From Opitutia bacterium KCR 482 (GTDB lineage: Bacteria > Verrucomicrobiota > Verrucomicrobiia > Opitutales > Intestinicryptomonadaceae): 32,000 nt of DNA. A program made the position numbers and the translations under genes. Shown one piece after another: positions 1-6,848 of this stretch. Below the pieces are notes generated by a model. The model saw only the letters and a program-made list of their open reading frames with translations. It was not told where the DNA came from and ran no database searches. How positions within the stretch are numbered: position 1 is the stretch's first letter; the number at the start of each line of letters is the position of its first letter. The stretch spans positions 180,001 to 212,000 of the forward strand of contig CP149973.1 in NCBI GenBank assembly GCA_029269845.2. The letters are read 5' to 3'.

Positions 1-437
1 ACGCGTCGTTCGAGCTTCTCCTCTCGAAATTCCTGAAAAAACACAGCGACCACTTTGTGGTGCGCGGGTACAGGGTCATTGTGGAGCGCGACGAATTTGC
101 GAGAATCACGAAGTCGGAGGCAACGGTGAAGCTCGAAATCGGCGGCACTATCGAACACACCGTCGCCGAGGCGCACGGGCCTGTCGCCGCGCTCGACCTT
201 GCGCTCCGCAAGGCGTTGGTCGAAAAATTCCCGCAAATAAAAGACATCGAGCTTTCCGACTTCAAAGTGCGCATAATCGACAGCGGCGCGGGCGCAAACG
301 CAATCACGCGCGTGCAGATAGAGTCGAAAGACTCGAAGCGCGTCTGGGGCACGGTCGGCGCGTCCGACAACATCATCGTAGCCTCGTGGGAGGCGCTCAA
401 AGACGCAGTCGAATTCAAACTTTCGGAAGAGGATTGA
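1..437 (+). CDS. 3' part of a citramalate synthase / 2-isopropylmalate synthase family gene (C-terminal LeuA-type regulatory/dimerisation domain); 5' end lies outside the window
   Basis: The frame of ORF 57..437 stays open back to base 3 with no upstream stop, so the gene is cut by the window edge. Stop TGA at 435-437. The peptide HGPVAALDLALRKAL...DFKVRIIDSGAGANAITRVQIESKD...VWGTVGASDNIIVASWEALKDAVEFKL resembles the C-terminal domain of CimA/LeuA enzymes as I remember them. Confidence 0.7.
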   Translation, partial: ASFELLLSKFLKKHSDHFVVRGYRVIVERDEFARITKSEATVKLEIGGTIEHTVAEAHGPVAALDLALRKALVEKFPQIKDIELSDFKVRIIDSGAGANAITRVQIESKDSKRVWGTVGASDNIIVASWEALKDAVEFKLSEED

Positions 438-471
438 TTTCTTCGATTTTTTGTGCCAACATAAGCTCCCG

Positions 472-2346
472 ATGGATTCAAACGAAGAATACAAAGTCGT
501 CGATATTGGCTCGGCCATCTCGAACAAAACCCTCAAAAAATTCTACGGCTTTATAAAAAAGCCGTTCGAGGGCTTTCTCGGCATCACAAAGCTGAACTCG
601 ACATACGATTTTCTCAAAAGACACACGTCGGGCAACTTTTACGAACGCGCAATCAAGGCTATCGGAATTAACTACGAAATCGACGACGACGACTTCAAGA
701 AAATCCCCAAAGACGGCGCGCTCGTGGTTGTCTCGAACCACCCGCTCGGCGGAATCGACGGAATCATAATGGGCGCGGTGCTCCTGCGGGCGCGTCCCGA
801 CGCAAAGGTAATCGTCAACGGGCTTCTCGCAAAAATGCCCGAAATCAAGGAGTGGTCGATTTGCGTAAACCCATTCGGCGGCAAGGCGGCGACGGCGCAA
901 AACGTGTCGTCGATGAAAGACACAATCCGCCACCTCAAAAACGGCGGCTGCGTGGGAACTTTCCCGTCGGGCACGGTTTCGCACATCCACCTCCGCGACT
1001 GCTGCATTAGCGACCCCGAATGGAACACGAACATCGCGCAAATCGCCCGCCGCACAAACGCGAACATTCTGCCCGTCTATTTTGAGGGGCGCAACTCGTG
1101 GCTGTTTTATATCGCCGGTCTTATCCACCCGCGCCTGCGCACAATGCTGCTAATCCGCGAAATGTTCGGAGTGGCGAAACGCAGGAAAATCAAGATGAAA
1201 GTGGGCGGCGTGATTTCGGCGCGGAAACTTCCCGAATTTCCGACCGACGACGAGCTGACGTCGTGGCTTCGCATAAACTCGTACGTCTTGGGCGGGCGCA
1301 ACAACAAGGGCGAAAAACAGAACCCCACACAGTTGCAGATTATCCAGCGCAGCATAGAAAAAATCTTCCCGATTATGCACAGGGAAATGCAGGAGCTTAT
1401 CCTGCCAATCGACCCCGACAAAATGGCGAAGGAAATAGGCGCGCTTCCGCAGTCGGCGTGCATGATTCGCGGCGGGAAAATCTCGGTATTCTGCGCCGAG
1501 GCGTGGCAGATTCCGTGGACGCTTCTGGAAATCGGGCGGCTCAGGGAAAAGACTTTCCGCGAAGTCGGCGAAGGCTCGGGCAAGAGCGTCGACAACGACG
1601 AGTTCGACCAGTACTACCTCCACATGTTCATGTGGGACGCCGAAAACAGGAAAATCGCGGGCGCATACAGAATAGGGCGCACCGATAAAATCATGAATTC
1701 GCTCGGCGTGCAGGGGCTGTACGCGTCGACGCTCTTCCAAATTCAGCGCGAACTTATCGACAGAATCAACCCCGCGCTCGAAATGGGGAGGTCGTTCATC
1801 GCGAGCGAGTACCAGAAAAAACGCTCGACGCTCGCGATTCTGTGGAGGGGAATCGGCGAATACCTCTACCGCAACCCCCACTACCGCACGCTCTACGGGC
1901 CTGTCAGCATAAGCACCCACTACAATTCGATTTCGAAAGACCTGATGGTTCAGTTCCTGTCGGAGCGCAAAACTTCGGAAGAGCTTGCAAAATTCGTCAA
2001 GGCAAAAAAGCCGCCGAAAGTGAAGATGAAAAACATCGACAAAAAGGCTCTGCTTGAAGGCGCGCACGACATCGACCACATCTCCGCGCTCGTCTCGGAA
2101 GTGGAAATCGACAACAAGGGAATCCCGACGCTGCTCAAACACTACTTGAAGCTCGACGGCGAACTGCTGGCGTTCAACGTAGACCCCGATTTCGGCTCGT
2201 GCATAGACGGACTTATCATGGTGGACATGCTGCGGGTAGACCCCAAACTGCTGAAATCCTACATGGGCGACAAGCAGGCGGTCGAATACCGCAAACACCA
2301 CGGCTTGGATACCGAGCTTTTCGAAGCCCGCCAAGCCGAAAAATAG
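472..2346 (+). CDS. Fused acyltransferase: N-terminal lysophospholipid (PlsC-like) acyltransferase domain plus C-terminal GNAT/OlsB-like N-acyltransferase domain (OlsF-like aminolipid synthase candidate)
   Basis: ORF 451..2346. The track start at 451 is TTG and the in-frame ATG at 472 (MDSNEEYK) is more likely. The N-terminal half has the acyltransferase block VVVSNHPLGGIDGIIMG and FPSGTVS. The C-terminal half (FREVGEGSGKSVDNDEFDQYYLHMFMWDAENRKIAGAYRIG...EMGRSFI) looks like the hemolysin-like/OlsB-type GNAT fold. Confidence 0.75.
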   Translation: MDSNEEYKVVDIGSAISNKTLKKFYGFIKKPFEGFLGITKLNSTYDFLKRHTSGNFYERAIKAIGINYEIDDDDFKKIPKDGALVVVSNHPLGGIDGIIMGAVLLRARPDAKVIVNGLLAKMPEIKEWSICVNPFGGKAATAQNVSSMKDTIRHLKNGGCVGTFPSGTVSHIHLRDCCISDPEWNTNIAQIARRTNANILPVYFEGRNSWLFYIAGLIHPRLRTMLLIREMFGVAKRRKIKMKVGGVISARKLPEFPTDDELTSWLRINSYVLGGRNNKGEKQNPTQLQIIQRSIEKIFPIMHREMQELILPIDPDKMAKEIGALPQSACMIRGGKISVFCAEAWQIPWTLLEIGRLREKTFREVGEGSGKSVDNDEFDQYYLHMFMWDAENRKIAGAYRIGRTDKIMNSLGVQGLYASTLFQIQRELIDRINPALEMGRSFIASEYQKKRSTLAILWRGIGEYLYRNPHYRTLYGPVSISTHYNSISKDLMVQFLSERKTSEELAKFVKAKKPPKVKMKNIDKKALLEGAHDIDHISALVSEVEIDNKGIPTLLKHYLKLDGELLAFNVDPDFGSCIDGLIMVDMLRVDPKLLKSYMGDKQAVEYRKHHGLDTELFEARQAEK

Positions 2347-2394
2347 CCGCGCAAAAGCTCCGCCGCAAAATCGCGGGCGGCGCAGGCGCATACT

Positions 2395-2420
2395 AAAAAG
2401 CGGGAGGGCATTTCCGCCCG
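2395..2420 (-). terminator. Putative intrinsic terminator for the minus-strand ABC/TPR operon
   Basis: Hairpin CGGGAGGGCATTTCCGCCCG (2401-2420, one mismatch). Read on the minus strand it is followed by C+TTTTT (A-run 2395-2399 on the plus strand). Confidence 0.45.
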
Positions 2421-2441
2421 TATTCCCCGAAAACCGTGAAT

Positions 2442-2468
2442 CGTCCGCGAACATTCGGACGCTTTTTT
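2442..2468 (+). terminator. Putative intrinsic terminator after the acyltransferase gene
   Basis: Stem CGTCCG (2442-2447) / CGGACG (2456-2461) with an 8-nt loop, followed by CTTTTTT (2462-2468). Confidence 0.5.
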
Positions 2469-3195
2469 ATTGCGTCTTTTTAAGCATCAGGCGCGTGCGG
2501 GCAATTTGGTCTTCCAGAAGTTTTTTTAGGGGAGAGTCGGCGTCGGTTTCCGCCAAGACCGACTCCAAAACATCTATCGACTTTTGAAACTTGCCGTTTT
2601 TTGCAAGCAGCGACGCATAAATTCTGCGCGAGTAAACGGTGGGGGCGGGGCGCGTAGCAAGCCGCGCGTAGCACTCTTCCGCAAGTTTGTTGTCGCCGAT
2701 TGAAATTGCTATTTGCCCTTTTTGCAGCCAGAGCTGCTCGCTGTCGGGGTGCAGCTTCAAGCCGCGCTCGACAAGTTTCAGCGCAATCGCCGCCTGACGC
2801 TTTTTCAGCAGGCGCAGGGCGGATTCGTCGCGCTGTTTTGGCGGCAGTTTTTGAAGAAGCCAGTGGGGGGTGTCGAATGCAATCATCGCCGCGCCCTGAG
2901 TCCAAAACGTAATCATGGAGGGGTCTATTTTTGTGGCGAGGTCGATTGCCGCCATGCAACCGGCGACGTCCTTTTTCTCCCAGTCTATGTAGCCCTTTAT
3001 CCACGCGAAGTCCGAAACAAGGGAGCGGTACCCGCCGAGTATTCCCCAGAGCGCGCCGCCGCCCGCGCCTCCGAGCGATTCCGCAGAAAGCGTTTCGCCG
3101 CCGACAGCTATCGCGTTTTTTACTGGCATGCCCGCAATCGCCGCCGCGCCGAATGCCGCCGCCGCAAAGAGGAAAATCTGCGTTTTCTCGAACAT
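2467..3195 (-). CDS. Membrane-anchored TPR-like repeat protein, last gene of the ABC operon
   Basis: ORF 2467..3264. The ATG at 3195 (MFEKTQIFLFAAAAFGAAAIAG, one N-terminal TM helix) sits 1 nt after the stop of the upstream permease gene, so I prefer it over the arginine-rich extension. The C-terminal part has helical-repeat character (LKLHPDSEQLWLQKGQIAISIGDNKLAEECYARL...). Confidence 0.6.
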   Translation of the reverse strand: MFEKTQIFLFAAAAFGAAAIAGMPVKNAIAVGGETLSAESLGGAGGGALWGILGGYRSLVSDFAWIKGYIDWEKKDVAGCMAAIDLATKIDPSMITFWTQGAAMIAFDTPHWLLQKLPPKQRDESALRLLKKRQAAIALKLVERGLKLHPDSEQLWLQKGQIAISIGDNKLAEECYARLATRPAPTVYSRRIYASLLAKNGKFQKSIDVLESVLAETDADSPLKKLLEDQIARTRLMLKKTQ

Positions 3196-3196
3196 G

Positions 3197-3991
3197 CTAA
3201 AATTCCCTTTTGGAAAACGCGAATGCCGCAGCCGCAATCGCCGCCGCAGAATAAGCCGCGGCATAGGCTAACGCAGCCGCGAACGCGCCGCAGTCGACGG
3301 GCGCAAACGCGAACTTTTCGAGGGCGTTGAACATGTTGAAATCGGGAAAAGCATAGGAGGCGATTTTTGCAAAGCCCTCCGTCTTTCCGCCGAGCCAGAG
3401 CGTGATTTCGCCCGCGGTCGAAACCGCAAGCGCCATGAAAGACACTACCGCCGAGAAGAGCAGGGAGGTTGACACCGAGCACACGAACGCCGCAACCGCC
3501 GCAACCGCGCAAAGCTTGCACCATTGCGCGAACGCGTACGCGCAGACGCCCGCATAGTTTGTTTCAAGCCCCCCCGAAAGTCGCTCCGCCGCCTCTCCGA
3601 AACCCGCCCGCGTGATGAAAAGCATAAGGCACGTCGCCGCCGCGATTACTGCGGCGAAAAGCGCGAGAGCCGCCGCCGCGCCCAGAAACTTTCCAGCCGC
3701 AAACTGCGCGTACCCGACGGGCTTTGAGAGCAGGGTGATGACCGTCTTGTTTTCAAGCTCCGAATGGAAAATCTGGCAAGTGGCGACGACCGCGATAATC
3801 GAGCCGAAAAATCCGAGCGCGCCCGAACCGAAGTCGAACACAAAGCGCAGCTGTTCGTGCCCGAGGTCGAGCGACAGCAGGTATTTCGAGGAGAGCACGA
3901 GCGCGAGCGCAACGAGCGCCACAAGAATCATCAGCTTCTGCCTGAGCGTCTCGCGCAGAGTGTTTGCCGAAATCAAAAAGACGTTTCTCAT
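3197..3991 (-). CDS. ABC-2 type transporter permease
   Basis: 264 aa, multi-pass hydrophobic protein. The N-terminus MRNVFLISANTLRETLRQKLMILVALV and ...TVITLLSKPVGYAQFAAGKFLG are typical of ABC-2/NosY-like permeases. Its ATG overlaps the stop of the ATPase gene (ATGA at 3988-3991). Confidence 0.75.
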   Translation of the reverse strand: MRNVFLISANTLRETLRQKLMILVALVALALVLSSKYLLSLDLGHEQLRFVFDFGSGALGFFGSIIAVVATCQIFHSELENKTVITLLSKPVGYAQFAAGKFLGAAAALALFAAVIAAATCLMLFITRAGFGEAAERLSGGLETNYAGVCAYAFAQWCKLCAVAAVAAFVCSVSTSLLFSAVVSFMALAVSTAGEITLWLGGKTEGFAKIASYAFPDFNMFNALEKFAFAPVDCGAFAAALAYAAAYSAAAIAAAAFAFSKREF

Positions 3992-4824
3992 TTTCCCTCC
4001 ACGGTTTTTTTGAAAAATTCTTCGAGCGAAATTTTAGACGCCGATTTTTTCACGACATTCGCGCCGAGCGACTCGGCGAAGGCTGCTATTTTCGCAAGCC
4101 CCTCCGCGTCCGCGCCGTCGATGTCGAGGCTCGTGCGCCCGCCGATTTCAAGCAGTTTGTCGATTTCGCCGATTGCCGCGATTCTGCCCGCGCTAAGGAC
4201 AGCCACACGAGAGCACAGCCGCTCGACCTCGCCCATCATGTGCGAGCACAAAAGAATGGTCTTGCCCGCGTTTTTGAGCTTCACGACGATTTCCGCCATC
4301 GCCGACGTTCCAACGGGGTCGAGCCCCGACGCGGGCTCGTCGAGAATGACGACTTTCGGGTTGTGGACAATCGCCTGCGCAAGCCCCGCCCGCTGTACCA
4401 TTCCCTTTGAATAGAGGGAAAGCGGGCGGTTTGCGGCGTCGGAAAGCCCGACAGTTTCGAGCGCGTTTTCTGCGGCGGCGCGGGCGGCTTTTTTTCCCAG
4501 CCCGCAAAGTTCGGCGTAGAACGAAACGAGCTCAAGCCCGCTTAGGAACTTGTAAAAATAGGGGTTTTCGGGAAGGTAGCCGACTTCGCGCTTTGTAGCG
4601 CGGCTTGTCGGATTGCCGAGAATTTTGCATTCGCCCGAATTTTGCCTGAGTAGCCCCAGCAGAATTTTAATAGTCGTGCTCTTGCCCGCGCCGTTCGGCC
4701 CGACAAGCCCGAAAACTTCGCCTTCCGCAACGTCGAACGACACGCCGTCGAGGGCGCACACGCCGATTCCGCGTATGCCGTAGCGGTAATATTTTTTGAG
4801 ATTTTTTATCTCTATTGCGTTCAT
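3988..4824 (-). CDS. ABC transporter ATP-binding protein
   Basis: Walker A GPNGAGKST, signature variant YSKGMVQR, Walker B VVILDEP, H-loop LCSHMM. ATGA overlap with the upstream acylphosphatase gene at 4821-4824. Confidence 0.92.
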   Translation of the reverse strand: MNAIEIKNLKKYYRYGIRGIGVCALDGVSFDVAEGEVFGLVGPNGAGKSTTIKILLGLLRQNSGECKILGNPTSRATKREVGYLPENPYFYKFLSGLELVSFYAELCGLGKKAARAAAENALETVGLSDAANRPLSLYSKGMVQRAGLAQAIVHNPKVVILDEPASGLDPVGTSAMAEIVVKLKNAGKTILLCSHMMGEVERLCSRVAVLSAGRIAAIGEIDKLLEIGGRTSLDIDGADAEGLAKIAAFAESLGANVVKKSASKISLEEFFKKTVEGK

Positions 4825-5099
4825 AGTCTGATTTCGAATCCCTTGTAGGAAACGTCGGCGGTGTCGGCGCGTTCGTCGGTCGATTTAATGAAGTCGCGCA
4901 TGACTTTCGCGATTTCGTCGGCAAACGCCCGCGTTTCGGATTCGTCCCCGACGGCAAGCAGGTGCACGCGCCCGTCATCGAGATTTTCCACAAAGCCGCA
5001 CACGTCGAAGCCCGCCGCAATCTGCGTAGTTTTGTATCTGAACCCGACGCCCTGAACGCGCCCCGTGTACCAAATCTGCAATCTGTGTTTTTCCGCCAT
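4821..5099 (-). CDS. acyP: Acylphosphatase
   Basis: 92 aa. The motif YTGRVQGVGFRY matches the V-x-G-x-VQGV-x-FR acylphosphatase signature, followed by GFVENLDDGRVHLLAVG. Confidence 0.85.
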   Translation of the reverse strand: MAEKHRLQIWYTGRVQGVGFRYKTTQIAAGFDVCGFVENLDDGRVHLLAVGDESETRAFADEIAKVMRDFIKSTDERADTADVSYKGFEIRL

Positions 5100-5276
5100 G
5101 GCAGTTTCATCTCATATAGTCGGCGGGCTTGCAACTTTTTTTACGCCGCAAACCGCAGTTCGGCGCGGGGGGAAATTTTGCGCTTGAATTTTGGAACGCC
5201 GGCATATTTAATTTGTCTTAAAAGTCGTCGATTACATTTTGTAAACCGACGTTAATTTATAACAGAAAGAACTAAA

Positions 5277-5993
5277 TTGAAAAAGACATTCATCTCGACA
5301 ATGGCGGCGCTCGCCGCGCTTACGTCGGCAACATACGCCGCCGACAATACGAACGACGAATACATCAAGACCTTCGGCATGATGATGTTCGAACGCAACG
5401 GACTTTCCGACCTCAAACTTACTCCCGCCGAATTCGACGTTTTTGTCGCGGGTATGAAAGACTCTTTCGAAGGCAAGAAAATGCCCGAAAACATTCAGGA
5501 AATCGGCCCGAAAATGCTCCAATACCTGAGCGCGCGCGCCGAAGCGAACATCGCAAAGGAAGCCGCAAAGGCGGAAGCTGTCGCCGCAGAATACTGGAAA
5601 GAGCTTGAAAAGAAAGAGGGCGTCAACAAAACCCAGAGCGGTCTTGCGTACGAAATCATCGCAAAGGGCGACGGCCCGACGGCTAAGGAAGACTCCGACG
5701 TTACAATCAAGTACACGGGCAAACTCATCGACGGCACGGTTTTCGACACCACCGAAAAGGCGGGCGGCAAACCCGCAACTTTCAACCTTTCAAAGGTAAT
5801 CCCCGGCTTCCGCGAAGGCTTGCAGAAAGTGGCAAAAGGCGGCAAGGCTCGCCTGCACATTCCCGCAAAGCTCGGTTACGGCAACCAGCCCGTCCCCGGA
5901 ATCCCCGTCAACTCGACGCTCATTTTCGAAGTCGAAGTTATCGACGTAGATTCCGCGCCCGCGAAGATTCCCGCCGCTCCCGCCGCAAAATAG
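5277..5993 (+). CDS. Secreted FKBP-type peptidyl-prolyl cis-trans isomerase (FkpA/Mip-like)
   Basis: TTG start at 5277 gives the signal peptide MKKTFISTMAALAALTSATYA. The FKBP domain shows GLAYEIIAKGDG, YTGKLIDGTVFDTT, VIPGFREGL, IPAKLGYGNQ and LIFEVEVIDV. Confidence 0.88.
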   Translation: MKKTFISTMAALAALTSATYAADNTNDEYIKTFGMMMFERNGLSDLKLTPAEFDVFVAGMKDSFEGKKMPENIQEIGPKMLQYLSARAEANIAKEAAKAEAVAAEYWKELEKKEGVNKTQSGLAYEIIAKGDGPTAKEDSDVTIKYTGKLIDGTVFDTTEKAGGKPATFNLSKVIPGFREGLQKVAKGGKARLHIPAKLGYGNQPVPGIPVNSTLIFEVEVIDVDSAPAKIPAAPAAK

Positions 5994-6012
5994 CGCGACA
6001 GATTTTTTTTCG

Positions 6013-6047
6013 AAACCGCCTCCTGAATCGGGGCGGTTTTTTTGTTT
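6013..6047 (+). terminator. Intrinsic terminator after the FKBP gene
   Basis: AAACCGCC (6013-6020) pairs with GGCGGTTT (6032-6039), extendable inward, and runs into TTTTTTTGTTT. Confidence 0.75.
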
Positions 6048-6138
6048 CGCGGCGGCGGCGCAATGCCGCAAAATTCCGCAAACGCGCCCACAGGAAAACG
6101 CAAACTTGCTGCAAAATAAAAACGGGAAGCGTTATATC

Positions 6139-6166
6139 TTGACATTTTCGACGCAATTCAAATTAT
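6139..6166 (+). promoter_or_regulatory. Possible sigma70-like promoter for tRNA-Pro
   Basis: TTGACA at 6139-6144, a 16-nt spacer, then AATTAT at 6161-6166, about 18 nt upstream of the mature tRNA 5' end. Promoter rules for this lineage are unknown to me. Confidence 0.3.
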
Positions 6167-6183
6167 CTTCCGAATATTTTGTA

Positions 6184-6258
6184 CGGGTGGTAGCGCAGCC
6201 TGGCTAGCGCATCTGGTTTGGGACCAGAGGGTCGTGGGTTCGAATCCCACCCGCCCGA
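6184..6258 (+). tRNA. tRNA-Pro(TGG): tRNA-Pro (anticodon TGG)
   Basis: Folded by hand. Acceptor CGGGTGG / CCGCCCG (one G-U pair), D stem GCGC/GCGC, anticodon stem TCTGG/CCAGA with loop TTTGGGA (anticodon TGG, G37), variable loop GGGTC, T arm GTGGG-TTCGAAT-CCCAC, discriminator A. CCA is not encoded. Confidence 0.93.
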
Positions 6259-6280
6259 CATTTGGCAAACGCTTTTCGGT

Positions 6281-6364
6281 CAGAGCGCCGCCACTTCAAA
6301 AACCTGCTACTCTCGCGTACCCAAGTACGCCACGACCAGCAGGTTTTCTTGTGTCTGCGCTCTG
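6281..6364 (+). other. Extended three-tier nested hairpin (24 bp total) 23 nt downstream of tRNA-Pro; terminator or structured RNA/REP-like element
   Basis: CAGAGCGC (6281-6288) / GCGCTCTG (6357-6364); AAAACCTGCT (6299-6308) / AGCAGGTTTT (6338-6347); GCGTAC (6315-6320) / GTACGC (6325-6330) with tetraloop CCAA. All three tiers are perfect complements. Confidence 0.6.
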
Positions 6365-6533
6365 CCTCAAAAATCGTTGCGCCAAAACAAATCCCGCGCG
6401 TTGAAAGTTCCTACAATTATTTGCGTTTATTGTCGCAAAAAAAAATGTTCCGCAACGTTCCGCATTTTCGGCGAAAAAAAAACGGTTGACAAATTTCCGC
6501 GCATAATTTTTTTGTCTTAACAGTTCATTTAAC

Positions 6534-6710
6534 AGGGTGGATTTCGATTCCGCCTACGACATTTTTCAGACAAACGGAAGCCCGTGAGAATCGGGCGCGG
6601 TCGCGCCGCTGTAAGTGTCCGTTTCGCGCTAAACATTTTGCCACTGCAACAGCGGGAAGGCGTTTTGCGCGGGGACACAAGCCAGAAGACGAGTCTGAAA
6701 GATTCACCCT
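6534..6710 (+). promoter_or_regulatory. Cobalamin (B12) riboswitch aptamer
   Basis: Conserved blocks seen by eye: GGAAGCCCGTGAGAATCGGGCGCGGTCGCGCCGCTGTAAG (6576-6615), GCCACTG...GGGAAGGC (6640-6661) and a B12-box-like AAGCCAGAAGAC (6679-6690). Closing helices are TTTCAGAC (6564-6571) / GTCTGAAA (6693-6700) and AGGGTG (6534-6539) / CACCCT (6705-6710). It lies upstream of a TonB-receptor operon, the classic context. Confidence 0.85.
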
Positions 6711-6716
6711 TTGATT

Positions 6717-6790
6717 CCCGCGCAAGGATTTCCGAGGGCTTGTCGCGATGTTTCCGCGGGGCTTTTTATTTTTTTGTTTGCCCCGCAGTC
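6717..6790 (+). terminator. Putative riboswitch expression platform (terminator/antiterminator alternatives)
   Basis: CCCGCG (6717-6722) can pair with CGCGGG (6755-6760), followed by the T-run TTTTTATTTTTTT (6763-6775). Alternatively GCGGGGC (6756-6762) pairs with GCCCCGC (6780-6786), followed by AGTCTTTTC. Confidence 0.4.
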
Positions 6791-6848
6791 TTTTCGCGTT
6801 CGGGCTTCACGGTTTTCTCCGCGGGGCAACCAACGGAAAAGACAAGCT

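Noticed and set aside
6486-6507. TTGACA (6486-6491) plus CATAAT (6502-6507) as the riboswitch operon promoter
   Set aside because: The spacer is only 10 nt, incompatible with a sigma70-type promoter, and no good -10 hexamer sits 16-18 nt downstream of the TTGACA. The real promoter is not identifiable by eye.
6218-6520. ORFs of 100 aa and 75 aa in the tRNA-riboswitch spacer
   Set aside because: One overlaps the tRNA-Pro gene itself. The region is relatively AT-rich and dominated by hairpins and A-tracts, with no ribosome-binding site or protein-like composition.
6184-6530. tRNA-Pro as an integration site of a genomic island or prophage
   Set aside because: I saw no integrase, no recombinase and no repeated copy of the tRNA 3' end anywhere in the window. 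Only a chance 10-nt match (TTCGAATCCC) occurs near 4836-4845, and the downstream genes look like ordinary chromosomal functions.
6711-6848. N-terminal extensions of several track ORFs (6711, 24679, 19530, 13608, 3264, 24585 and 451 as starts)
   Set aside because: The extensions are basic, low-complexity sequences overlapping regulatory RNA or intergenic DNA. Internal ATG codons give canonical signal peptides or family-typical N-termini, and in one case abut the upstream stop codon.
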